Assembly (NCBI GenBank): GCA_001275005.1
Contig: JWZX01001926.1
Coordinates: 1-35,922 of the forward strand
Source of the DNA: Chrysochromulina tobinii
Taxonomy: Eukaryota
DNA: 35,922 bases
Direction of reading: 5' to 3'
Positions 21,301-30,660 of this stretch are shown in pieces. Under the pieces are notes generated by a model. That model saw only the letters and a program-made list of their open reading frames with translations, searched no databases and was not told where the DNA came from. Both the position numbers and the translations under genes were made by a program. Within the stretch, counting starts at the first letter, position 1. Every line of letters starts with the position of its first letter.

Positions 21301-23683
21301 AGCCTCACGAGGGGCTGCGGGCCCCGGCGGCCAGTGCCCGGCTCCAGCGGCGTCTGCTCGTCGGCTGTGCCGCCCACAGGCACATGCATAGCGGCGCCAC
21401 AGAGCGTGATCGAGATGCACGCGAGCTCGAAGTCGGCGCGCAGCAGCACGTACGCGTGGGGAAACTCGGGCTCTGCCGCCGACGACGCCGCCGCCGCCGA
21501 CGACGCCGACGACGACGACGCACCCCACGACAACGTCGAGGAGGCGCCACTGGCCGCAGCCGCCGCGCTCACCTCGGCGCCCACGTCGGCGCCCACCCCG
21601 AGCCGCCGGCGCAGCTCGAGCAGCTGCTCGGCCACAAGCTCTGGACGATCCTTTCGGAACCCAGCCGTTGGCGGCGCGTCGGGCGGCGGGTGCAGCTTGC
21701 CCTTGCCAGCGTGCACGGAATGAGCGAGCGCGATCCCCTCGCTCGGGGCGCTGGCGCGCGCCATGGCGATCGCTGCGGCGGCGATGCCCGAAATGGAGAG
21801 GCGTGACTCTTTTCGTGCGCGCAAGATCTCGTCGACCGTCTCCATACGTCCTTCGATGTCGACGAGCTCTCGTTCGCTGCTGCCGCTGCTGCCGCTGCTG
21901 CCGCTGCTGCAGCTGCCGCCGCTGCTACCGCTGCCGCCGCTGCCGCCCGCCCTGGCGCCGTCGTGGGCGGGCGCGGGCGCACCTGTGGCGAGCCCATGGC
22001 CTGTGGCGAGGCCGTGGCCTGTGGCGGAGAGCCGTCGTGTGTACTCGGCCAGGACCAGCTGCACGTACTCCTCGTGCCGCCGACGCTGCCGCTCCTTGCG
22101 CCGCGCCTCGGCACGCACCTCGGCCATGGACAGCTCTCCTCGTGCGCTATGCACGTCCACCATCGTCGCCGCCATCGCGTAGCGCCACCAGTCCTGCGTG
22201 ATGCGGTTGGTAGGGCGTGGGCGCCGGTCGCTCGCGGACGCGAAGGCGGCGCTCGGCGCGGCGGCGAAGGGCCTCTCGGATGGGCGCTGTGCGGGGCGCA
22301 CGCAGCCTGCGCGCTTGTATCGCTCCCGTCTGTCTCGGGACGCGAGGTGCCATCCCACCGATTGGAGCAGCGCCATCTGGGCGGCGGAGATCGAGATGCC
22401 CAGCTGCTCGACGCGCGCGCTCATGCTGAAGCGCGGGCGGTCCAGGTCGTGCTGGAGCACCGCACCCGTCGCGTCCACCACCAGCCCGAGTGACAGAGCC
22501 GTTGGGTTCAAGATGTGCCCCGGACCAATGGGCGCATGGATCATGGCGACCATCTGCTCCGCCCAATCGCTGTCGAGCTCCCAGTGGCCGGGCTGGCTCG
22601 CGCGCGCCGGCGGGGGCGCTGTGCCGCTACCGGCGACGGCCACGCTCGCCGCCTTGGCCGCGCGCTCGGTGGCCGCAGCCACGCCGCGCTCGCTCAGCAC
22701 GCGTGTGGAGTCGAGGTAGGCGGCGAGTCCGGTGATGGCGACCCTGGCGGCATCGGGCGGGCGCACGCACGGGTGAGCATGGGCGAGCGATGGCGAGCGC
22801 GAGTGCGCAAGCGGTGCACCATGCGGCGAAGCGGGGCGCACCGCGGCGATGTGCAGGCGGCGCGGCGGGGTGTGGCGCGGCAGGGTGTGGCGCGGCGGGG
22901 TGTGGCGCGGCAGGGTGTGGCGCGGCGGGGTGTGGCGCAGCGGGGTGTGGCGCAGCGGGGTGTGGCGCACCGTTTGCGGCAGAGCATCTCAAGAAGCCTC
23001 TGCTCAACCTTGCTACTATGCGGGCGCGCCGGCTCCTCGGGCAGGCACTCGACGCGCAGCTCCCTGAGATAGATCCCACCCGCGAGAGCGTCTGCCTCGG
23101 GGCCGCCCTGCACGCGCACGTGCACATTGGTCACACTCACCTGCAGCTTGGCCACGAGCCGCTGTACGAGCTTGTCGACCAGCCCTGGGCCCATCTGCGC
23201 GCCGGCGTTCTTCTGCTCCTCGGCAGCCTCTGCGGCGTCGGCGAGCGCGGCCTTGGCCTCCGCAGGCGCGGCATCGGGAGTGTCCTCTGGATCGTCCGTG
23301 CGCGGAGCAAGAAGCAGCAGCACACGGTCGATGGTGAGGATCATCGGCTCGTCGCCGAGCAGGTTGCGCCAGGGCACGCACACCCGCACCTCGCCCAGCG
23401 TGCCGCCGATGCAGCGCACGGGTAGTGAGAGTGCATCGAGCACCTCCGTTCTGAGCTCCAGCCCCTGCAGCCGCACGTCGCCGTCCCACACGCTCAGCTC
23501 GAGGCTGTGCTTGTCAATTCCACGTACGAAGGCGCCGAGCACCTTGCGCAGCACGTCAGCCACGACGCCCTCGATGAAGCCGGGCGCGCGGCTTTTCTCC
23601 GGCCCACCGCCTAGCAGCGACGAGGTGAACTGGCTGAACAACGCGAACGGGCTGCTATCGACAGTCGCCTGATCGCTCGACAT
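6350..23683 (-). CDS. VPS13: Vacuolar protein sorting 13 family bridge-like lipid transfer protein (~5700 aa): exon 23683-22971, exon 22743-6350 with a frame break at ~16640
   Basis: Chorein-N start (EGVVADVLRKVLGAFV...LSVWDGDVRLQGLEL...VPWRNL); HFNARNGHWEPILEPW; VAB/SHR-BD-like PFKVVNRS...YTWDDP; C-terminal LYKLIGSLDLLGNP and ATG2_C-like GIAGVVRQPFKGARESG...KPLSG, RVRQPR. Further in-frame introns cannot be excluded. Confidence 0.92.
8305..9037 (-). other. Ankyrin repeat block 2 within VPS13 (about 6 repeats)
   Basis: GLGALHVAC...LLLEAGADVE, RPLHAAA...LLAAGADP, GTGAVHAAC...LLEAGASAN, RPLHCAAQ...LLLAAHADP. Confidence 0.9.
10787..10911. repeat. In-frame 45-nt compound repeat in VPS13 (STDRPPPKAEHRPKP)
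   Basis: Alternating 28-nt and 17-nt subunits, both beginning gtgctcggctttgg. Confidence 0.9.
14335..15062 (-). other. Ankyrin repeat block 1 within VPS13 (about 6 repeats)
   Basis: TALHEAAKHGHVEVLRLLVQAKADIE, ALHYAARAG...LLLSVGAD, TALMRAAEGRYPEIVSQLLLAGANVD, SALHCAARAG...LLLEGADP. Confidence 0.9.
18490..18836 (-). other. EF-hand pair within VPS13, separated by a low-complexity insert
   Basis: LFRKLDVDGDGRVSLCEL (canonical DxDxDG loop with E at position 12) and LDASGSRHVDYEEF. Confidence 0.75.
19524..19587. repeat. In-frame 18-nt repeat in VPS13 (GAVPNL x3)
   Basis: gactgctcccaaattagg x3 plus a partial copy. Confidence 0.95.
22744..22970 (-). other. VPS13 intron 1 (GT-AG, 227 nt, phase 2)
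   Basis: Donor CG|GTGCGC and acceptor CCGCCAG|G. Splicing joins ...LCRK-R-VAITGLAAYLD in frame, linking ORF 22694..23683 to ORF 15501..22970. Confidence 0.88.
22861..22969. repeat. 15-nt minisatellite (7 copies, cgcRgcRgggtgtgg) inside VPS13 intron 1
   Basis: Seven consecutive 15-nt units at 22861-22965, abutting the donor site. Confidence 0.95.
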
Positions 23684-23840
23684 TTCGATCGCGTGAAATA
23701 CGACGATAAGTGCGATTCAAGTTCGGGGCCCGAATTGTGAAGAAGACGCGACGCCTGACGGAACATGCTCCGCCGCCATCCGACGTGTCTCACGATGGGA
23801 CCGCGACGGCGGCCATCGCGGTAACGAGTTTCGTTGTCGC

Positions 23841-25001
23841 ATGCCGTTCATCGAAGGCCAGCCGACCCAGGCTGTCGATCCGCCCCTGTCGATCAGGAAC
23901 GTCAGCAGCAGCTTGGGTCCACGCGATCTGCAGCTGCTGGCCGCCATCTTCCGAGCACCCTCGCCGCAGGGGGTTCCAAGGAGTCCACGCCGCCCCGCTT
24001 GGGATCTCAAGAGCGTCGCCGCCATCGCTGCTGCCGCACTCAATGATCCGGCGACGAGAGCGACGTTGAGAGGGCTTGCGGCACCAGCGCCGCTGGAAAT
24101 CGGCGAGATGGGCCATCGTCCAGCACCGTCTATCGCGCCGCCGATGACCGCACGATCGAAATGGCGAGCGACGATGGCAATGGCGGCTGTTGGCGTCGAT
24201 TCTCTGGCGAGCCCGCTGAAGGTCCAGTGTAGGTCTCCGCGACAGCCGGAAGAGAAAATTGTGATTCCATCAAATGTTGCGGCGGCGCGTGACGCCGAGA
24301 AGGAGCGGCTCCAGAGACGGCCCACGGCGGAGCAGCGGACAGTGGTTCAGGAACACCTGGACACCGTGAAGAACCTCTGGATAGCGCGGCGCTCGGGCGC
24401 TCCACGCCAGGCGCCCGTCTTTGAATACCGCGGAGGGGGCAAAAAGGACCCGAACGGAGTGGACCCTTCCGAGCTCTCGAGGCTCACGCTCCAGGTGGCC
24501 AGAGAGCAGAAGCGAGCGAGCTCTCCGTACGCTGCCCTCTTCGCCGCGGGCGCGGATCTCGGCGAGGATCTCGAGGAGGAGGAGCTCACCAAAGCAGAGC
24601 TGCAGCTATTTGCACGGGCCGAGGCGCGCTTGACGTCCTTGCTCAAGTATGGTGCACGGATACCGCGGGACGCGATGATTCCCGAGACGCCAAGGCCGGA
24701 GGTGCGCGCATGGAACTCGGTGCAGCGACGAGCCGACCAGATGCTGCACCACACACACGATCGCGACATGCATCTTGTGGCGCAGCGCGCTAAGGGCGCC
24801 TACGCGTGCCTCGCGGAGCACGAGCTGAGCAAGCAGCTAGTCGGCGTGCGAGCTGTCATGGACGCGCGGGATGGACCGCCCAAGGCTCCCCAATTTGTGC
24901 CGCCACGCGTCGCGCGGAGCCGTCCGGCCACCCCGCGGGCGGCTCGCACGGCACTGGCCTCGCACGGCCTTCCGCAGCGCCCGCACTCAGCCCGCAACTG
25001 A
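23841..25001 (+). CDS. Hypothetical protein (386 aa), divergent from VPS13
   Basis: ATG-started ORF with natural-looking composition (helical acidic/basic segments), bounded by lower-GC spacers; no family recognised. Confidence 0.7.
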   Translation: MPFIEGQPTQAVDPPLSIRNVSSSLGPRDLQLLAAIFRAPSPQGVPRSPRRPAWDLKSVAAIAAAALNDPATRATLRGLAAPAPLEIGEMGHRPAPSIAPPMTARSKWRATMAMAAVGVDSLASPLKVQCRSPRQPEEKIVIPSNVAAARDAEKERLQRRPTAEQRTVVQEHLDTVKNLWIARRSGAPRQAPVFEYRGGGKKDPNGVDPSELSRLTLQVAREQKRASSPYAALFAAGADLGEDLEEEELTKAELQLFARAEARLTSLLKYGARIPRDAMIPETPRPEVRAWNSVQRRADQMLHHTHDRDMHLVAQRAKGAYACLAEHELSKQLVGVRAVMDARDGPPKAPQFVPPRVARSRPATPRAARTALASHGLPQRPHSARN

Positions 25002-25979
25002 GGGAGCGGCGTTCCCTTGTCATCTACACCTTCCGTGCTTTCTCGGGGTACGATTCACTCTAGATTCACGCTTCAATCCCAATTCCGCCGCTCGCACGAA
25101 ACTCCGCGCGGGCTGTCGCGTGCGCCGCCGTGTCCTCAGAGGCGAGACCGTAGAGCAGTCTGTGTTCGTCAAAGGTTGTCACTTCTTTCAGACGAGAACT
25201 AGTTGTGTAACTTGATCAGAGTTGACGATCTATGTACTATGAACTCGAGGGAGGCTGAGCGAGCGCCGGCCCGCCGACGTGCGCGCGGTGAAACCCCAGA
25301 GGGGCGCGAGGCAGCCAAGCGGGAGCCGGGAGCGGGACGCGCGAGCATCGAGTCAGAATCGAGTGTTTCGCGGCCCCCTGAAGAGACGCTAGCTCCGTCT
25401 TGCTCCGTCCGTCCTCTTGGCGCGAGGACAACAACCCGGCAAAAAGACAGATTCGAGGCAGGGATCCACTCTCAAGCTCACACCCGACCGCGGATACATG
25501 TAAGATGTATTGAGCACCGCGCCGCGGACGTGCGCTGCGCTATTGACGCGTTTTTCATGGTCAGTTCGATGGTCAGATGTGTGATGAATAAGAGGTTTCC
25601 GTTAGTCTTTCACAAGGTTTTCTTCTGCTTCAGATTTGTATTCTCGTTTAGGCCCGTCGCAGCCGGGGGAGCTGGGCGGGGGAGCAAAGGCCAGCGGCAC
25701 CGCCGTTTGGCGAGTCGTACTACGCTTACGGCCAGCCAAGGTACATGTAACGCAGCCATGAAGCCTGGTGGGTCGTGGGAGGAAGCCGCCGTCCGTGCCT
25801 CCGCGAGACGCCCCTCGTGGAACTCTACAGTGGAGTGCCCGCGCTGACATACATGTAGCGCTGATACGGGATGCAGGGTGTCGCCGCGCCTCGAAACGAC
25901 TTACCGGTACGAAACGTCGGCAGCAGGGCAACGTCGCCGTCGGCACCTCGTCACGCTCTCCCCCTTAGACCGGGCCGCC

Positions 25980-27887
25980 ATGCCGGAAGCGAAAGCAGTT
26001 ACGCTCACATTGCGCCAGCGCATAGTCATCGGGCTCGTGCCGTCCACCGTCCCAGCTCTCGTGCTCATTATTGCCCTCGGCATCGCGGTCGGCATCGGCG
26101 AGCTCTCAGAGTCGCTTGGAAATGCTTCTGAACAAATCGCAGGCGGCGCGCTCCTCATCACGTATTATAAAGAGCTCTTCCCCAACGTGATGGAGAGCGG
26201 CGATTCCGCGGTCGCTGCCATCATCAAAGGCAGCACCGATAAGTCCACAGTCATTCTCGCCAAGATTGCAGTCACCGTGCTGATCGTACTGAGCTTTTCG
26301 ACATCGGCCATCCTCCAGACAGCTGCGGCCGGCTTCCCTGGCTTGAACCCTGAGGAATCGGGCTCGGGGACAGGTGCCGAGCACATCTTCACGCCGGCTG
26401 AAACAATCGCGTACTTTATCGGCTTCTTCGTCGACGGCGTCGTCCTCGCGTATGACGACGAGCCGGTTGCCTGTAACCTATCGCTCGTCAAAAAGATGAT
26501 CATGAGCCTTGTGTTCGCCATCGACAATCTGCTCGATGGTTTCGGCCTCGTGCCGGTGCTCAAGGAGGCCTTTGGCGAGTCTTGGTGGGTCATCATGTTC
26601 GTATTCGCGGGTTGCGTCATCGCGGGCGCACTCACGACTGCCATGCTGCTCCATTGCATCCCCTCGCCCCTCTTCCACACCTGCTTCCTCTCGCTGGCGA
26701 CGACCTCGATCCTCGTCGGCGCGCTTGAGCTCACCCCGCATGGCCTGAGCGTCCACGTGTGCATCGGCATAGTCGCCGTGTGGTTCGTCCTCTTCGTCGG
26801 CGACCTCGTCTCCGAGAGCGACGAGGAAGAGGGCGAGGGAGCCGCACGCGCCTCGAACTGGGAGTGCAACGCCGTGGTGACAACAGAGCAGATCGACAAG
26901 GATCTTTCTCGCGCTGGTCGCCTCGAACTGGGTGTGCACGATGACGACGCTGCTGCGCACAGGGAAGGGCTTCGCCAGCTTCTGAGTAGGTGGGTGTCGT
27001 CACAGCCAACCCAAGGCTACCATCAAGCGATGTGCTTTATCGGAGCTTCCCTCCTCCATGCGGAGCTGCTTGATGTCGATCGCGCGTACGCATCATTTGC
27101 TGCTGTCATGCGCTCACTGCCCGCAGGCTACTACGGGGAAGCGCTGGTGGGCTGCCGAGCAGACGTGCGTGCCTTGCGCTACCTGGCCGCCTCTCGCTGG
27201 CCAGATATTTGCGGTCGGGCTGCCATCGTGAACGAGCCTATGGAGTTAATGGATCGCGTCTGCACGCAGTGGCTGCTTGCGCTCTACGGCTCGCAACTCT
27301 CAGCCGAATGCTGCCGAGTGGTTTGGCACGAGATGGCGAGGACGAGGGTAGCTCTGGGCGACGATGGGGCCGAAGCACCGCCGTCAGACTTGCCACTGCG
27401 CGTGGGCCTGGTGCTGCTTGAGAGCGTGCTCGTGGATCTGCCAAAGGGGATAGAAAAGGACGCAGCCGAGGGCGAGACGGCCGGCGGAGGGTCAAGCTAT
27501 GCGATCTTGCAGGGTGCAGCTAAAACTTGGAAAGGGACGGCTACTGACCTCCTCGCCGCCGCGCTGGCAGTCAATCTACCCTCGGAAGAAGTCTTTGTAG
27601 CGCGGAGGAAGGGACGGCGCGAGGTCGAGTCTCAGGATGTAATGGAGCGAGCGAGGAAGGCGATGGATAAGGCAGGCGTGGTGCTGACGACCCCCACCAA
27701 ACCGATGAAATCGAGTCACAAACTCTCTTGTGCTTCGTGCGCTCGGGCGACGGTGGACCTCTTCGTGCGGCGCTCGGGCGAGCCAGGCTCGCTTAGCCAC
27801 AGGCTGCGACAGTTTCGTGGGCGCCGAGGTGGCTTCGGGAGCGATGATGCCGCCTTTGCCTCGGAGTCGGAGATGCCGCGGGTCTGA
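25980..27887 (+). CDS. ZIP/ZupT-like multi-pass membrane domain fused to a TBC (Rab-GAP) domain
   Basis: ATG in gccgccATG context. About 8 hydrophobic segments with GGALLITYYKELFP, GFFVDGVVL, AIDNLLDG; acidic linker SESDEEEGEG; TBC motifs EQIDKDLSR and GYHQAMCFI, then QWLLALY...RVVW. Confidence 0.8.
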   Translation: MPEAKAVTLTLRQRIVIGLVPSTVPALVLIIALGIAVGIGELSESLGNASEQIAGGALLITYYKELFPNVMESGDSAVAAIIKGSTDKSTVILAKIAVTVLIVLSFSTSAILQTAAAGFPGLNPEESGSGTGAEHIFTPAETIAYFIGFFVDGVVLAYDDEPVACNLSLVKKMIMSLVFAIDNLLDGFGLVPVLKEAFGESWWVIMFVFAGCVIAGALTTAMLLHCIPSPLFHTCFLSLATTSILVGALELTPHGLSVHVCIGIVAVWFVLFVGDLVSESDEEEGEGAARASNWECNAVVTTEQIDKDLSRAGRLELGVHDDDAAAHREGLRQLLSRWVSSQPTQGYHQAMCFIGASLLHAELLDVDRAYASFAAVMRSLPAGYYGEALVGCRADVRALRYLAASRWPDICGRAAIVNEPMELMDRVCTQWLLALYGSQLSAECCRVVWHEMARTRVALGDDGAEAPPSDLPLRVGLVLLESVLVDLPKGIEKDAAEGETAGGGSSYAILQGAAKTWKGTATDLLAAALAVNLPSEEVFVARRKGRREVESQDVMERARKAMDKAGVVLTTPTKPMKSSHKLSCASCARATVDLFVRRSGEPGSLSHRLRQFRGRRGGFGSDDAAFASESEMPRV

Positions 27888-28032
27888 CATCACTGACAAC
27901 TCGCGTCTGAGCCGGGACGGCGCAGCCTTATCATCTTTCATCCAGCGTACCAGAGACCCAGTGTGTGACGGGGAAAATTATAAATATTCACGCAACTGGG
28001 AACGGCGAGCGCACGCTCCCACCCAAAAGAGA

Positions 28033-28137
28033 AACCCGAGTAACTACCGAATCCGAGCACCTGTCGAATCCGAGCACTTGCCGAATCCGAGCACCTGCCT
28101 AAAGTGGAACCCGAGCATTTGCCTAAAGTGGAACTCA
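28033..28137. repeat. Degenerate intergenic tandem repeat (17-nt units, then 24-nt units)
   Basis: cgaatccgagcac at 28048, 28065 and 28082; gcctaaagtggaac at 28097 and 28121. Confidence 0.9.
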
Positions 28138-28252
28138 ATTATTCACGGTAAAATGCATAGCTAAGTCATGTAATATCTCCGTCCGATATCGCGTTTTGTC
28201 AATTACAATTTGTCCTGTCCGCGATCGGCGATAACCTCGTCATTCGTTCGCC

Positions 28253-29398
28253 TCAGCGCTCGTCACAGCCGCCTTGGCCGAGGTGCGTGTCCCATGGGCG
28301 TCGTGGTGGCGTGCCGCGTGGCCGTCCTCGCCCCGCGAGCGGGCAGCTTGCGAAGCGGCTCGTGCAAGCCTCGTGACATCCTTGACAGATGCACGATGCA
28401 TTACAGCACAGGAACGAGCGCGGGGTTGCGTCCACGTCGCGCGCCGACATCGTGCGCCGAGAGCTGCGACGCATGCCGGAGAGCTGCCGATGGCACACGT
28501 GTGACACGTTGGCGCGGGCATCCCGACAGCCGCAGCGCATCCCGATCGCATGCTCGAGAGCGGCGCGTAGCCCGTGCACGTCCACAAGCACACTGGCCGC
28601 AGCCGCGGCATGCGTGCTGCGCGAGTCACAGCTCGGTCCGGCCCGATGGCAATGCCCCTGGCGGTTCGCTGTAGCCCAGTCCACCTCGAGCGGAACATTC
28701 TCATCCGCTTCCCTACGTCCAAGCAGCCAGCGCAGGCTCAAGCGCTCTCGTCCTCGGGCTCGAGGCCGCTGTGTCTGCCGTCGAAGAGGCAGATGACCGC
28801 CCTCAAATAGCCAGCCACCTGTCCAGTTTCGTCCGTTGCGGCAGGGAATGTCGTCACTGCGCGTTGGCGCTGCGAACAGGAGCTGGACGTAAATCGCACG
28901 GGAGTGCGTGAACAGTGGCGCGGCGAGCAACGATGATGAGGTACCGGCGGCGATGAGCACGTCGACAGCCGCGAGAGAGCGTGCGTATCCCATGCGGCCA
29001 GCTTGGGTTCTGTCGGTGGCCGTGCTGGTGCTAGGCGACAAAACGGCAAGAGGCGCATGCACATACTCGCCCACAAGTTGTTCGATCTGATTGAGATTTG
29101 CGATATGGTGCGAACCTGGCAGAAGGGCAACTCGTAGCTTTGTGGAGCAGCTTGGCGGGCATCGAAGCTGCGAGGACCGCACCGACCGAAGAATGGCGCC
29201 ACCTTGAGCTGACTGTATCCGAGGCTCGTCCACTGCCGCCAATGCCTCGCGCACATATTGACGCCACGCCTCCACGCCATCAACAGCATGCCCGCTCGGG
29301 CATGCCTCGGGCTGTACTGGCAGGCTTCTTGGATTCACCAACGCTTGTAGGGCCAAGTTCAAGAGCGCCTCTCTTGTGTTATTGCTCAAACACGTCAT
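28253..29398 (-). CDS. Putative GT61/DUF563-like glycosyltransferase-related protein
   Basis: 381-aa ORF with HHIANLNQI, AAVDVLIAAG...LAAPLF...AIYVQL and VLVDVHGLRAAL. Their order resembles GT61 motifs, but the HGAG signature is degenerate. Start uncertain. Confidence 0.45.
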   Translation of the reverse strand: MTCLSNNTREALLNLALQALVNPRSLPVQPEACPSGHAVDGVEAWRQYVREALAAVDEPRIQSAQGGAILRSVRSSQLRCPPSCSTKLRVALLPGSHHIANLNQIEQLVGEYVHAPLAVLSPSTSTATDRTQAGRMGYARSLAAVDVLIAAGTSSSLLAAPLFTHSRAIYVQLLFAAPTRSDDIPCRNGRNWTGGWLFEGGHLPLRRQTQRPRARGRERLSLRWLLGRREADENVPLEVDWATANRQGHCHRAGPSCDSRSTHAAAAASVLVDVHGLRAALEHAIGMRCGCRDARANVSHVCHRQLSGMRRSSRRTMSARDVDATPRSFLCCNASCICQGCHEACTSRFASCPLAGRGRPRGTPPRRPWDTHLGQGGCDER

Positions 29399-29669
29399 GC
29401 AAATTCGGCACAGTGCGCGCTGGCCGCGCTGCGGTCCTCAAGAGAGAGAAGAACAAGGACAACATGGGAGCGAGAACGCAAGAATTCCTTATTTGTAAAC
29501 TTCTGAAGCCCCGGTTGTAAACCCTGCGCCTACTGTACCTCCAAGAGCACACGCCGCAGGCCGGTCAGTCTCTTCGTCTCTCTGTCTCATTTTCCGCGCT
29601 ATCGTCGGAGAGAGACGCCCTCGTAAGGTCCTTGGCCCACAAGGTCGCCGCCGCGGCTCTCAAGTCTGA

Positions 29670-30478
29670 TCACAACTCCACGACACCCTCTTCCTTGAGC
29701 CGGTAGTCGAAATCTGCAATGTAGCGCGTCTCGATCTTGATCAGGTGCCAACCAAACTTGGTCTGCACAGGCCCAAGCACCTCGCCCACCGCATACTTGG
29801 GCTCGTAGAGCACGGCCTCGTTTTTCTGCCAAGGGACCCGCGCGAGATTCGACCCATTGCTGCTCAGTGGTGCACGCAGCGTCGGTGGTGTTTGCGCACG
29901 CGCGTGGCAAAAGGGCTGCTCCAGCCGCCTTGGCCACGTGTGTCCTCACCGGGTTGAGCTTTCCAGTGTCCACCAGGCTAAACACTACGTCGTCAAATTC
30001 TTTCGCCATGACGCCCGGAGCGAATTTGCCAAGCTTGCCACCACGAGCCGATGACGAGCATGTCGAGTACTTGGACGCGGCCTCCGCAAAGTCGCATTTG
30101 TTCGAGGCAATTTCATTCTTGATTTGGAGCGCTTCCGCCTCAGTCTTGACGAGGACATGCGATGCGCGCCTGCCAGATTCAGGTGATGGTCGCTGCCGTA
30201 TCATACCCGTTTGAACAGAGTGCATCGGCAATCAAGCAAAAGGCAGAAGGCAGTGCGCATTCGAAGCGGCGACTCAACGCGTTGGTTTGCTCATAGGTGC
30301 CTGGCGACTGAGAGTAGTCCTTATTCTCGAACCCCTTCTTGAAGGCATCGAAGAGGCCCATCGTCGCCACGCACGGCCGTGTACCGACAGCCGACGCCGC
30401 GGCAGTTGGCGCCGCACCATATCGCTGCAGCGTCGGAGAGAAGGCCAGTACGGAAAGCAGTACAGAGTTGCCGAGCAT
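29670..30478 (-). CDS. Parvulin-type peptidyl-prolyl isomerase (PpiC-like), probably plastid-targeted; exons 30478-30279, 30169-29950, 29825-29670 (191 aa)
   Basis: Two GT-AG introns give the continuous sequence ...EQTNARASHVLVK...FAEAASKYSTCSS...GGKLG.F..G.M.KEFDDVVF...GPVQTKFGWHLIKI. N-terminal hydrophobic stretch ending LAF, followed by an Ala/Arg/Thr-rich transit-like peptide. Confidence 0.92.
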
Positions 30479-30660
30479 GGGCCCCTCTGTTGGTTCTTTC
30501 TTGAGACGCGTTTTCGGAGATTTGGCAGATTGCGCCCTCAGTTTCCAAGGCACCGCAGGGGTGCCGAGATGATTGGCTGGGTGATGTACCGGTCATGGTT
30601 TTTTTTGCTTCCCTTCTTCGTGAGAAGACTGTGTGAGAAGTGTGAACGCGCACACGCGGC

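Noticed and set aside
6395..23672. Many long plus-strand and alternate-frame ORFs overlapping VPS13 (e.g. 6800-8419, 12095-13672, 8236-10047)
   Set aside because: Arg/Ala/Gly-rich shadow ORFs expected in very GC-rich coding DNA; no domain motifs.
25203..25847. 214-aa ORF in the spacer before ZIP-TBC
   Set aside because: Non-ATG start, low-complexity AT-rich stretches and no motifs; likely intergenic.
28033..28137. CRISPR-like array
   Set aside because: Units are contiguous without unique spacers, the context is eukaryotic, and there are no cas genes. The same applies to the repeats at 1539-1703 and 22861-22969.
2360..29398. Glycan biosynthetic gene cluster linking the tri-domain enzyme and the GT61-like gene
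   Set aside because: They are 22 kb apart with unrelated housekeeping genes between, and the GT61 call is weak.
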